Shown: positions 50,603-63,140, counted from the first letter of the whole stretch. The stretch: DNA of 63,140 nucleotides, filler included, from Octopus bimaculoides (GCF_001194135.2; 6 parts of 5 records of this genome joined end to end with filler, not necessarily neighbours in it); one strand, 5' to 3'. Translations and numbers: made by a program. Notes: generated by a model not told the origin, from the letters alone.

Positions 50603-51842
50603 CATGAGGAATTCGTGAAACCATTGTAGAGACGCTTCCGGAAAAAAAAAATTCAGTAACCGTTGGAAAACTATTATAGCAGTGTCTCAATCAATTCCTA
50701 GTGATATCTGAAGAAGAGGTATTTATGTATTCCGGAATATTATTATTATATCAGACTATGGATGATTAAATTATTCTGTTATTATACTCCACTCTGCATT
50801 GTTGTGCCATTCGAGATATGTTATAATTTACAAACAATACACAATGCTTCAAGCGAACTACAATACTCTCCTATCTCTACGCCTGAACCAGGCCGAGTTC
50901 GTAACCGCTAGGAAGGTATATTTATGCTATCAGAGAAACGTGCTAAAATCGGATGCCAAATAAACTTTCTTCAACGCTGTACCATTTTAGCGAAAATTTA
51001 ACTGCATACAAAGACAAAGATTACACATACCACTAGCTCACTCCGGCCCCTCTCTGAGAAGACACGTAGCAAAGAAACGAGTAAGGGGCAGCAAACAGTG
51101 CACACTAGCTAACTTCCTCATCCGTGACACAGATTTATGCCAACGGGTATAAATGCTGCGTATAGAATACATTGTAACAAATGCAACAAGTTCTATGTGG
51201 GTAGCACAACAAGATCGTTACGATTTTTGCATCAAAGAACATCTGAACATGAGAGCCTCCTCCTGCAGAAAACATCTCGACAAATACCAGAACACCAACA
51301 AAAGCATAACAGTCGTAATTGAGGCTAATGAAGGAAGCTATACTCATAGACAGACTAGGGCCCCAAATTAACAGCAGGCTGGAGGTTGGCAATCAATATT
51401 TGGCAATCATTGAACTACTTCTGGATGCGTGTAGATTCATGTATTATATAAAAAAAGAAACTGCGCGTATAATACATAACTTAGAAGCAGCGCTGCGGAT
51501 GTGCCAGCGCATACGAGCATGATACATGGCCGCTGTCACGCACTTCTCATGAGGAATTCTAGAAGGAGCTTTCTGAGACAACTGCAGCGAGGCTTCCGGA
51601 AACAAAATCCAGTAACTGTTGGAAAGCCTATTATAGCAGTGACTCAATCAATTCCTAGCGATTTCTGACGAAGGATTTTTTGTATTCCGAAATATTATTA
51701 TTATTATTACATGAGACTATAGATAAATAAGTTATAACAGTTATTATACTCCACTCTACATTGCTGTTCCATTTATGACGCGTTATATTTTACAAATAAT
51801 ACACAATGCTTGAAGCGAATTACAATACTCTCCTATATCTAT
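50603..51842 (+). mobile_element. Internally deleted Penelope-like element with two pseudo-LTR-like direct repeats
   Basis: Diverged direct repeats at about 50603-50880 and 51548-51842. Between them are MLSEKRAKIGCQINFLQRC (50924-50980, like the PLE N-terminal K…H..FL..C motif) and GIY-YIG remnants YRIHCNKCNKFYVGSTTR..IKEHLNMRASSCRKHL..EAILIDRLGPQINSR (51137-51385). No RT is present. Confidence 0.75.
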
Positions 51843-51934
51843 GTTAATATCTATATTTTATCTATATTTCTATTCATACACAAACACCTATGTCCATATA
51901 CATCTTTCACTCTGTCTCTGTCTCTGTCTCTGTC

Positions 51935-51983
<49 letters not shown>

Positions 51984-52651
51984 NNNNNNNNNNNNNNNNN
52001 NNNNNNNNNNNNNNNNNNNNNNNNNNNNNNNNNNNNNNNNNNNNNNNNNNNNNNNNNNNNNNNNNNNNNNNNNNNNNNNNNNNNNNNNNNNNNNNNNNNN
52101 NNNNNNNNNNNNNNNNNNNNNNNNNNNNNNNNNNNNNNNNNNNNNNNNNNNNNNNNNNNNNNNNNNNNNNNNNNNNNNNNNNNNNNNNNNNNNNNNNNNN
52201 NNNNNNNNNNNNNNNNNNNNNNNNNNNNNNNNNNNNNNNNNNNNNNNNNNNNNNNNNNNNNNNNNNNNNNNNNNNNNNNNNNNNNNNNNNNNNNNNNNNN
52301 NNNNNNNNNNNNNNNNNNNNNNNNNNNNNNNNNNNNNNNNNNNNNNNNNNNNNNNNNNNNNNNNNNNNNNNNNNNNNNNNNNNNNNNNNNNNNNNNNNNN
52401 NNNNNNNNNNNNNNNNNNNNNNNNNNNNNNNNNNNNNNNNNNNNNNNNNNNNNNNNNNNNNNNNNNNNNNNNNNNNNNNNCCAGTCAATAAAGAATCACA
52501 GATAGCATTTATGGATTTTCGATTTTCTGTCGGGTGTCTTTTGGCCTACCCTGTGTACAAACACACACACACACACACGCACACATATACATCTATATAT
52601 ATACATATATATATATACATACATATACATATGTATATACATACATACATT

Positions 52652-52717
<66 letters not shown>

Positions 52718-54344
52718 CGTGTTTATATAGTGCGTCCCCATGAGCGAGATATTTGCGAAGGAACTTCGTTAGCAAAGGCATGAAATGTGATGGTGAAGAA
52801 CGTAGAGAGCCATTTAATTAAAGGAAGTGAATTCGTTGGAATATTCTTTGAAGTATAAGAAGGAAGGCTGGAAGAAATATTTGGTCCCATATTGCTGTTC
52901 AATTATGTAATGCTAGTCACTTCGTAACATTTGTCATTCCTTCAAGGCTTTTAATATGTTCATGTTTCTTTCATAACATGCCATTTTGTCATGTCTTTTT
53001 AGTCGTCATCTCTCTTTCTCTCTACCATCATATTTCATTCTTATCTCTTTATCTGTCATGTATTTCACTCTATAATGTATTCTCCTCTCATGAGTATTTG
53101 CGTTCCGTCCTTCATACATTTTTCATTGCATACATGCAAGTTCTCAAATGCACTCAATGAAATCTCAATGTTAAGAGAACGATCGTCTTTGCTATGCCAG
53201 CACCTGAGTACATCAGTATGAAGTTGAAGCCATGTCTTTGAGATAAAACCTAGTTTATGAAAGAAGTGTCAGCGAATCAGCAGTAATAAATAAATAAGAA
53301 AAGGTATCACGTGATAAGATCAATACTGAGTTTTCTTCCATGGTTTTGCCTAAGAAGCTAATGCCAGCTTATGAGTGAAAACTGGATGTTATGCTTCTTT
53401 CAATCAGTTTGCCTTCACTTATAATCACAGTGTTTGAGAAATGCAAGTACGTGAGATTTTATCTGTCATCTCTTTCCTCAATAATATAGACATTTTTTTA
53501 TATGGTAAAGATAAAATATCAGGAAGTAATATATTATTTAGTCTTATGTAGGAAATTAATTTGGAATGTCAAGCTCACAGAAATACCTTTTAGCTTATAA
53601 GAGACCGGAAATAATAGCATGTTGATAAAGGAACTTGTTGATATCAACGCTGTAACATGATAACGATTTCCTCCTTAGAGGCAAAAGTATTTGTTTTGTC
53701 GATGAGGAAAGTAATATGATGTCATTTGATTCGCCTCAATGTAAGTTTAACTTGTTTCCAAATATGAATTATTGCTTAACATTTTCAAGAATACAAAATT
53801 TTAAAATATTTTGCAAAATAACACAATAGGAAATTGCGACATTGAATCCTTTCATATAGACAGCAGTTGCCCAAAAATATTGCTTTAACTAAACAGTAAA
53901 TTACGTATTGTTATTTTTCCATTCATCGTATGAAATGCAACACGTTGCATAAATCTGATTTATATAGAAATAGATTTACTGTAATTACTTGCCAATACAG
54001 GCAATAATATATGGCCTTTTACTCACACATACATATATATGTATACAAACAGACGCACACTCACAGGCATATATATAAATGTAATATGATTTCAACGGTT
54101 TTCTAATAAAAATGACAGAAGTAGTTGAGGTTAACCCTAGGCGTTTAGAGCCACTGATGTTGATTAATAAGGTCTACAGCAAAATCCAGAATCGTGATCC
54201 GGCTAGGTACGCTGGGAACTTACTTCCCTTTATCAGTGCGTTTTAGCGAAAGCGGTGGAAGTCAGTACCATCTATCACTTTTGTAGCATCTATTAATTGT
54301 GCCTTTAGGTTCTAATTCCTAATAAGCCACACATTTTAAATTGT

Positions 54345-54347
54345 GGC

Positions 54348-54404
<57 letters not shown>

Positions 54405-54565
54405 NNNNNNNNNNNNNNNNNNNNNNNNNNNNNNNNNNNNNNNNNNNNNNNNNNNNNNNNNNNNNNNNNNNNNNNNNNNNNNNNNNNNNNNNNNNNNNNN
54501 NNNNNNNNNNNNNNNNNNNNNNNNNNNNNNNNNNNNNNNNNNNNNNNNNNNNNNNNNNNNNNNNN

Positions 54566-54610
<45 letters not shown>
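54345..54610. repeat. (TG)n and (TA)n flanking a gap
   Basis: Direct reading. Confidence 0.95.
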
Positions 54611-56235
54611 CAAACATGTATATTTATGTGTCCTTGCGTGTATGTTTATACATAATTTTAGTATTACGTTTAAAAGATAAGAAAGATAAAAACGTGACGG
54701 AAGTGCTAAAAGTATCGTGTATGACACAAAGTGTTTGTAAGTTCAATACACGGAAAATTCGGCCCTTCAATTTCACATATACTGCGATCCAGATCTGCTG
54801 TTCATTAAAACGTCCGCGCTTACGCACGCACACATACACAGAACACACACACTCACACACAGAGAAACGCATGTTCACACATGCGTTCAAATAATACTTT
54901 CAATTCTCTTCTACTTGATTATAGAGGGATTTTTTTCTGTGTTTGTTTAATGCGTCGTCAAAAACAATTATCGATATAGAAAAGCCCCCTCCTCTTCGTT
55001 TTTCTCGCTCGCTCTCTTTCTGTTTCTCTGAATCCCTCTCCAAATTTAATGATACAATTGTCAAACTATGACTAATAACCAATTATTAGCATATATTCGG
55101 TAAAATAATTGCATTTATTTCAAAGTTACTATGCTTCAAAGGAACATTATTAAATGCAATACCGTTGCTGTTGTTTTCTATTCATGAATTTCATTACGAT
55201 ATCATACAATATTTAATTTATTCCGGACATTTGTTTCATTCTACATGTCTGTAATTATTTTAATAATTTTGAGAAATCATTTACATTTACATCTTATACA
55301 TCTCGTATTTGATAGTATTATTTATATGTATCTTTGAATATCACATCTTAGCAGTATCGAGGTGTAAATTATGAGGACAGCTTTCATTCAAAGTCCTATA
55401 GGTCTTATAATCAACAATAGTCAGTATACAATCCAATGAATTTTATAATAATGACTTTGATTCCGTTGCCATAATTATAATTGGTTTATTTTTATTTGAT
55501 TCAAAGCAATATTTTCTGGAATTACTAAATATTGAAAATGATGTTGCCAATTCCATTCTGATATTGCTGAAGCATATAAATAATCAAATTATATTTTCTG
55601 TTGAAGAATGGAAGTACAATTAAATGATTGTTATCCATGTTTTGTGAAATGATGTACAATGAGAAAGAAGAATGAGGGTAGAACTTTAATATATAAGAAT
55701 ATAAATTTACAAAAATATTCACAATATATAGTACAACATATGAAGTCAGTGTATCAATGTGTTCCATAATTATGACGTAAATTTCTCAACTGGGGCTTTG
55801 CAAATGTATTTCGATACTCATATACAAAACATTTCTTTCCTAGTTAAACTAAAAGCTGGACCGGCAAAGTGTTTATGAATGATAATATAGTTAACGCATA
55901 ATTGTTACAATTAATATCAAAAATATGCCACCATATTCGAATGTTAGACTACATAAATGGCATTGTTTTTTTATCTGTACTTCTGTGAGTTCATTTTGAA
56001 ACCTATCAAAATTAGCTCATCTCCAGCTCCTATCAGACCGCTCATGTCTACAAGCAATGGTTCCGTCTATTCTCGTCAGAAAGTGTCGTACTCTCGCCAC
56101 AACATCTCCCACTTTGAGACTTCGAGTTCTGTAGGAATAAAGAAATTATATTTATTATTATTAATCTTTAGTTTCGTTTTGGCTTGGGCCTCATCTGAAG
56201 TTATTCGTTCTGCTTCCGGTTTACCATACTGGTTA

Positions 56236-56367
56236 CGTTTGGTTCCGTTCAAGCAATTCGTAATGGATAATACTTTCCCAGTCCCACCATATGCACAACA
56301 TCGTTTTACGCGGATGAAAATCTTGTTTCACGTGCGGTGAAATATCTTGTTTCACGTGCGGTGAAAT
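56236..56367 (-). mobile_element. Mariner transposase fragment
   Basis: Minus-strand translation SPHVKQDFHPRKTMLCIWWDWESIIHYELLERNQT matches the mariner K..LHP.K.ML..WWD..G.IHYELL…T motif. It includes a 24-bp tandem duplication (56320-56343 / 56344-56367). Confidence 0.8.
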
Positions 56368-56774
56368 ATCAACATAAAAACGCAATAAATTTCAATATTT
56401 AAAAAAGCAGCGGGAACTTAGTTGCCAACCCAATACATACTACAACATACTCGATATATACATACGTATACGTAAAGTATGTTGTAGGATATAAAACCTC
56501 TCAAGTGCAATTTTTGTGAAATAATTCCGTGATGAGATTCTTACAAAAATACATGATTTTTTAATAAATTTATCACTTGGTCACAACTGAAACAAGTGTA
56601 AGATTATAAAATTTATATTTATATCATATTACATTATATTATATTATATTNNNNNNNNNNNNNNNNNNNNNNNNNNNNNNNNNNNNNNNNNNNNTTAATT
56701 AATTAANNNNNNNNNNNNNNNNNNNNNNNNNNNNNNNNNNNNNNNNNNNNATATATATATATATATATATATAT

Positions 56775-56870
56775 ATACAACGGGATTCTCTCTGTTTCCG
56801 TCTACCAGATATACTCACAAAGCCTTGGTTGTTCTGTGTCTATAGTTGAGGACACTTGAAGCTGCCACGC
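56775..56870 (-). mobile_element. SINE family B head fragment next to (TA)n
   Basis: caacgggattctctctgtttccgtctaccagatatactcacaaagccttggtt…atagttgaggacacttg is the reverse complement of the family B segment. Confidence 0.7.
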
Positions 56871-57219
56871 GCTGAGACTCTGCACTCAGAACAATTTGGC
56901 TGGAAAGCAATTTACTACCGAGCCAAGCCTTCGTTTTTGTTTCTGATTATTAACTTTCTTTATGTGAATTCGTGTATTGAAACAAATTTCTTCAAGGTAG
57001 ATTCCTTCTGCTTTAACATGTTACACACTCACCGGTTCAGTTTCCACTCAATTATGTATGTGGTTGTGGTGTTTTAAAATATGAATTTCTTAAATGTACA
57101 TCTTTAAGCTCCACAGCCCACTTGAAATTGTGAATAATGAATGAAAAATCAATTTATAACACGAAATTATGTGAAATAAATAGACTTTTCGTCATTGGTT
57201 TCTTTCTTATTGTTAATAC

Positions 57220-58365
57220 TAGGTCACCGAATATGTGTTACATGAGGTCTAGATTACACAAAAGAATTAAAACTACGTGTAAACCAACTTTTGATTATTG
57301 ACACATTTTGGTGATAAAAATAATTAGCATTTCCAATTTATTCGAAATAATTCCATATAACTAAATAATACGAATCAACCACTGGACGTTCTGTTTAGAT
57401 ACTGCTTAGTCTCTTCCACCAAAGATAATTTTTTGATTTGTCAGTTGATACAGTAAAAAGAATCTTGTTCTCTCTATGGTACTTTTCAGTCCCTTCTACA
57501 ACTTCAGTTTTTAAAGGAGTTGCGCTTGCAACAGAAAATGTAAAATAAATCTTTTGTTGCATTATTTCTAAACACATTACACTTTGTTTCAAACGATGGC
57601 ACATTTTCCTATTTTCCACAGATTTCAATAATGCTTGGTACTTTAGATAAACTGTAATAGTTTCGGTTTAACTGACTCAATTGTAATACAAGTGACAGAT
57701 GCCTTTTACTAAAGAATTTTCCTTTCTGCTACAATCTTGACAATTTGTTTAATTGAAGGATCTTTCTCAACTACATTCGTTTCTTTTTCTTCTTCAAATA
57801 TAACACATTTTAGTACGTCCATGTTAGTTGGTAAAACTCACTCGCTAAGATCACATGGAGTAACAAATTTTGGATATTCAGTATCATGACACGTTATTGA
57901 TTTATGAGTCACCATTAAATGTAACCAACACTAGATTTAACACGATCATTAATTTTAATACAATATCCTAAAATGGAGATAAAATGCAGAAACCTTCACA
58001 TACGTACGCCGTACGTCCACATGCAATGACCGTTGCAGCTGCACTGGAGAGAAATTCATATTCATTCTATTTATAGCCAATGTGGAACCTCAAGATAGTA
58101 ATCAATTCTATTGAATCTTGGTATGAAACCTCTTACTGTTTTGCATACTGCTATGTCGAAATATGTATTCGTTACGATTTATAATGCAAGAAATCCAAAA
58201 TTCGACCAAAAATAATGATTTTTAAAATTTCCAGTTGCATTGCGAAGGTTGAACAAAATATTTAACCGCTAAATCCTTTATACAACTTTCTTTTATCCTA
58301 AATTTACAACAAAATATTGATGCGTAGATACAAATTTCGAAGGTTGCATTCTTCGCTCTACCCTA
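57220..58365 (-). mobile_element. Decayed cut-and-paste DNA transposon, N-terminal transposase part (hAT-like; family uncertain)
   Basis: Minus-strand translation gives VLPTNMDVLKCVIFE…KDPSIKQIVKIVAE.KI…KASV and DLFYIFCCKRNSFKN*SCRRD*KVP*REQD. These resemble the LPT..DVL.C…PS..I…VA.KI..IW.KASIP and LFDIA.CKC…C.C…KVP..E..FL.DQR motifs of a DNA-transposase family. There is a possible terminus TAGGGTAG at 58365. Confidence 0.5.
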
Positions 58366-58654
58366 ATGTGCATAGCATACGCTAAGAAATACAAATCTAT
58401 GAACAACAACTCAAAAGTTGAGCAAAACTAGAGTAATCTATTTATAAAACATCAAATCGAATTTGCGTTAAACTAATCTATCTATAGAAGATCACATCGT
58501 AGTTAAGATATAAAAATCTATAAACATCTCAACATATAAACAATTGTCTAAAAACATCTCAAATATTTGAATCACACACAGTGATATTTCATAGATTAAA
58601 GTAATAGAAAAGCTTACACATTTTTGGGAGCTGTTAAATAGCTATCATATCGTC

Positions 58655-58706
<52 letters not shown>

Positions 58707-58844
58707 GTTCAGTAGTTTTATTTTTATAACGTGCTTTCACTTCACNNNNNNNNNNNNNNNNNNNNNNNNNNNNNNNNNNNNNNNNNNNNTTAATTAATTA
58801 ANNNNNNNNNNNNNNNNNNNNNNNNNNNNNNNNNNNNNNNNNNN

Positions 58845-59150
58845 NGGGACCTTACACCACCCACAAATCTGGTCGGTGGCTTTCAACAGGTTGTCCCGCA
58901 GAAATCTCCAATTGTCTTCCACGTTGTATGATGCTATATCCCCTTCTATTTCGTTAAATGCTTCAAGTAACTTGTCTCTAAGTCTCTGTCCGTTTGCAGG
59001 GTCTTTAAGCTTCCACACCCTTCTTCTCCAAGCCTGTCTAATTCTGGGCACCCATTTTGCCTTGATCCCAAAGTCGCTAACTACTAATCTATGTTGTGGG
59101 GTACATTCTTCGCCAGGGTAGGTTTTGGCATTTATAAGCCGCCCTCTTCC
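58845..59150 (-). mobile_element. RTE-like LINE ORF2 fragment (end of APE domain and linker)
   Basis: LINAKTYPGEECTPQHRLVVSDFGIKAKWVPRIRQAWRRRVWKLKDP…LLKATDQICGWCK matches the .VIPGE….QHRLLV.D…..WKLK…..A…CG pattern of RTE ORF2. Confidence 0.8.
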
Positions 59151-59339
59151 CATATGAAATAAACTAAAATGGTGTTCCAGTTTCATGAGGATCTCTTTAA
59201 TTCTTGTGAGGCAATCTTCAAACCTGCCAATGTGGTTTGGAGTGTTTGGTGGGTGTTATGTATTGCATATGACTATATTGCATTGTCTTATGTATACAAT
59301 TAGAGTGCCACATACTGAATTTGAGTATGACTGTAAAAC

Positions 59340-60490
59340 AGGGTAGTTTGGACACGGGCTGAGGGGTATCCTCGATGCATGAACAGGTGGGCAAGGTACT
59401 GGGACTGGGTCTCAACATCCTGGTCCCAGCTGCACAAGTGTCGGAGAAGGAGAAACTGGGAGTAGGAGATGGTCCGTTTGGTATGGGAGGGATGGCAGAG
59501 GAAAAGTTGAGGTAGAGGTGGGAATCTGTGGGGTTGAAGAAGGCGGAGGTGATGAGATAGTGGGAGGGGAGGTCAATGGTAAGAAAAATATCTAGGAAGT
59601 TAACCGATGTGTTAGAAATGGTAGAAGTAAATTGGAGAGAGGGGTGGAAGTTAGAGAGCAAAGTTGTTTGTGGGAGAGGGAGGTGACGCCTATACAATCG
59701 TCTATGTAGTGGTCGTATAGCTCTGGGATCGGTCTGGAGAATTGTGAGAATACTTTGGCCTCAATGTGACCAACAAATAATAGGTTGGCAAAACTGTGGC
59801 CCATACTTGTTTCCATAGCAACCCCAGACAGGTTTTGGTAGATCTCCCTGGTGAATGTAAAGTAGTTCAGGATGTGGATGAGCTCTGCCAGATGGAGAAG
59901 GGTAGAGGTGCTGTGTGTGGGGTCAGGGCGATGGTTGAGGAAGTATCGGAAGGTTAAGAGACTGTCATTACAGGGAATCACCATGTATAGGGATTTGATG
60001 TACAAGGTGAAGAGATGATGTGAGGGGCCAGGAGGGAAGAAGAAGGAATTGAAAAGGTAAAGGGCATAATTGGTGTCATGTATATGGGATGGAGGGCGGC
60101 AACTAAATGGGACAGGATGTGGTTAAGGTATTTTGAGATGAGTTCTGTGGAGTAATTGCAGGCGGAAACAACGGGCGGCCAGGGTTGTCGGGTTTATGTA
60201 TTTTGGGAAGGAAATAGATGGTGGAGGTACTGAGTATTCGGACAATGAGGTTGGTGGGGTGGGGGGCAGAAGTGGAGACAAGGTCGTGGATGCTGGAGGA
60301 GGTGGGCTCGAAGGGGAAGAGGGGATTTCAAAGCTGGCTGAGCACTTTCTCCCTGTATAGGTCCACACGCCACACCACCACTGCTCCACCTTTGTCTGCC
60401 AGCTTGACAACAATGTCGTTGCAGCGACGGAGGTCATCAAGGGCGATCAATTCAGCCTGAGTAATGTTGGCATGGAGGGAGTTAGCAGTC
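59340..60490 (-). mobile_element. Penelope-like element reverse transcriptase (frameshifted, truncated at both ends)
   Basis: Minus-strand motifs: NITQAELIALDDLRRCNDIVVKLADKGGAVVVW; IYFLPKIHKPDNPGRPFVSAC; IKSLY; QNLSGVAMETSMGHSFANL; YDHYIDDCIG; FHPSLQFT..SVNFLDI; NPTDSHLYLNFSS; HRGYP. These are all typical PLE RT motifs. The 5' end abuts (TA)n. Confidence 0.9.
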
Positions 60491-60995
60491 ATATATATAT
60501 ATATATATTTACATATATGTTTATGTATCTATTTGTGCATGTCTTTATGACTGTGTAGACCAATAACATAACTTCCAGGCTTTAAAATATTAAATCCTGG
60601 AGTTGATTCATTCGACTAAAACACTTCAATGTGATGCCCCAGCATGGTTGCAGTTAAATGACTGAAACATAAAAGATAATATATATACATACATACATAC
60701 ACACATATATATATATATATATTTACATATATGTTTATGTATCTATTTGTGCATGTCTTTATGACTGTGTAGACCAATAACATAACTTCCAGGCTTTAAA
60801 ATATTAAATCCTGGAGTTGATTCATTCGACTAAAACACTTCAATGTGATGCCCCAGCATGGTTGCAGTTAAATGACTGAAACATAAAAGATAATATNNNN
60901 NNNNNNNNNNNNNNNNNNNNNNNNNNNNNNNNNNNNNNNNTTAATTAATTAANNNNNNNNNNNNNNNNNNNNNNNNNNNNNNNNNNNNNNNNNNN

Positions 60996-61378
60996 NTAAA
61001 ACCAAGTGGCCTAGCATATAACAAATCTGAAAATTCAGAAAAAATTGTATTACACGTGTATAAGGGATGACCACTAGGTGGACATCCAATATGCTAGAAA
61101 GAGGTCATCAACGACCCAACCACAAAGAAAAATAATGTTCTCCGGGTTCCTAACCCATGAGCAAAGAGGGGTTAGATGATGGCGGTGGTTTTTTCAAAGG
61201 GATGGCATGTATAACCTGATCACCTCTGCCGATCAAACTCTCAACCCATGCGCTCCAGTTGCAACACTGATTCTGCCCAATTTTGACGTCATGTTACTTA
61301 GTTTGGTTTGAAATAAAGAACTTGATTAGCTTAATAATCCCAACTTAATCCCGGGCAAAGCCGGGTTATACTGCTAGT
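60996..61378 (+). mobile_element. Helitron 3' terminal fragment
   Basis: GC hairpin CCCGG-GCAAAG-CCGGG (61350-61365) followed 8 nt later by CTAG|T (61374-61378), the canonical Helitron 3' end. Confidence 0.65.
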
Positions 61379-62164
61379 AATATAATAAAGTGAACGTGTA
61401 TTTGCAAGCTGATTTAAATACTGTCAACACTGACTTAAAAGTATGTAATTGCAACCAATTACTCGGGCTCCTTTTATTAAGTCTGGTCGCAGTTCATTTA
61501 TTTTCCTTCAGAGTCTGGTGGTCATCTTAGAGGTGCCCTGCGTCAAAAAATATCATTCGTAGTAGACGTTCTCTCGACATCTTTCATACGCGCCTGACTC
61601 AGGCTCGGAAGTTACAGCTCGAGTTGTTATGTATAATCGTAAAAATTAAAAGTAGTTCAAATTCAATATTTTCTTGAAATAATAAATTTCAATAGAGATT
61701 AGGATTTAAATCTCAATCTATGAAAAGCTTCCATTCTACAATACTCTTAATGAAAAATTATCTAGTAACTAATTACGAAAAGGACTAACTGGCATCTCTT
61801 GTCAAGAGTACAGGCAACAGTCAGATCGGTGATGTTTGATGTACAACTCCGCTTTCATTATTTGATTGCTGTTATTCTGTGTTTTGCATGCTTGCCTTAT
61901 TTTTACGCTTAACTTAGAAATGGAGAAACACATAGTGCTGGATATAAAAAGGTAAGCCATTTGGGGCTAGAAATATTGCGGAAAAAAGGTAAGGCATTCT
62001 TTCGTTAGAAGCAGCAAACTTGCTTATTGTTAAATTATTCGTGCATATATAAGTCTGCGGTGTGCATTACGCCTCTTACCTTTTTTTATTCATGTGTCTT
62101 ATGCGAAATCTGTCATGAGCCCGAGTAACGCTGATGACCTGCAGTCGCCTCTGACATACATACA

Positions 62165-62650
62165 TACTGTAAATAATAATAATAGGATTTTATAAGCTTA
62201 AAGCTTATAGCGATCACTGCTCAATGACTAAAGAAAATAGTCTAATAATGGGGCATATAAGCCTTCAACAGAAAAAATAAGTTTTCCCGTACGCATGGGT
62301 GTCGGACCTACACCTCTCTGTTTACGCGACCGAGTGTGCTACCGATTACACTAGCGAATCTATCTGTTTTTTTTTGTCAGATTTAAGAACTATAATGAGT
62401 TCGTAGTTGTTTTTGTAAACAAATTTTCATGTGCTTTTACTGCGAATAGTTTTGTTAAGCAGTGCCGGTTTTTACAATACGTTAAATAATAATAATAGTA
62501 TTTTATAAGCTTAAAACTTACAGCAATCACCGCGCAATGACTAAAGAAAATAGTCTAATAATGCGACAGAAAAATATTTACTCGTACGCGTGGGAGTTAG
62601 GGCTTTGTGGAGAGTTAGGGCTTTGTGGAGAGTTAGGGCTTCGAACGAAC
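62165..62650 (-). mobile_element. Two tandem copies of a third tRNA-derived SINE (family C) with (ATT)n tails
   Basis: Units 62165-62360 and 62485-62650 share aaataataataatag.attttataagcttaaa.ctta.agc.atcac.gc.caatgactaaagaaaatagtctaataatg. The reverse complement of 62300-62360 is a tRNA-like head (gctagtgtaatcggtagcacac…gtaggtccgacacc). Confidence 0.6.
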
Positions 62651-63140
62651 AAACAACAACAGAGTGGACATACAAAGCAAACAATCGACAAAGACAAATA
62701 TTGAGGGCCGTTAGGCCATGACGAATTGTCTTGGGTAACACCTGGGAGAGATTTTTGAAGGAAATAGAATAACTAGAAGAGAAAAAATGTCGGGAGGTGA
62801 GAGAAATGACGTCCAGCTCGATGGACGTCTTGTCCATAAAAGACAGGGGCGAGAGAAATGGCCTGAAGTCATGTGTTAGTAACAGGCAGAGGGGAAGTGA
62901 GAAAAGAGAGAGGATGAGGGAAAGAAACAAAGGGAGTGAGAAGGGAGAAGAAACGAAAGATAGTAGGGAGGGGGAGACAGACAGAGGATAGCAAAGGAGG
63001 GGGAAAAACGGAAAATATAGAGGATTATGGAGGGACAGAAAGAATACATTATATACATATGTATGTATGCATATATATATATACATACATTATATATATA
63101 TATATATATATATACTCATTTACTGTTTGTTTATATATAT

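Noticed and set aside
60490-60896. About 200-bp identical tandem duplication before a gap
   Set aside because: The copies look identical and sit at a contig end, so it is probably an assembly artefact. The content is a SINE B tail.
62300-62360. tRNA gene candidates (also 11706, 37850-37925)
   Set aside because: Only A/B-box-like heads are present, without a complete cloverleaf, and they continue into SINE bodies.

Overview
AT-rich, heavily gapped, microsatellite-dense eukaryotic non-coding DNA (an intergenic region or a very large intron). The SINE families, the microsatellite load and the assembly style suggest an octopus (coleoid cephalopod) genome; this is an inference from remembered repeat consensuses, not a database result. 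I found no intact host gene. Nearly all ORFs in the supplied track are microsatellite or N-gap artefacts. The recognisable coding remnants are all decayed transposons: R4/Dong-like and RTE-like LINEs, Penelope-like elements (RT and GIY-YIG), two mariner fragments, a probable hAT-like transposase and a Helitron 3' end. There are also many tRNA-derived SINEs and MITE-like palindromes. The most notable signal is a set of type I hammerhead ribozyme (HHR) motifs: three well-formed (22318-22409 minus, 39186-39228 minus, 45871-45944 plus) and several degenerate. Two of them lie in unrelated, non-coding elements with about 353-nt and 458-nt periods that share one architecture: [inverted segment]-[truncated repeat]-[HHR core]-[full repeat]. 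One of these has a 10-bp target-site duplication. This is what rolling reverse transcription of small ribozyme-bearing circular RNAs would be expected to leave (retrozyme-like or miniature Penelope-like elements).
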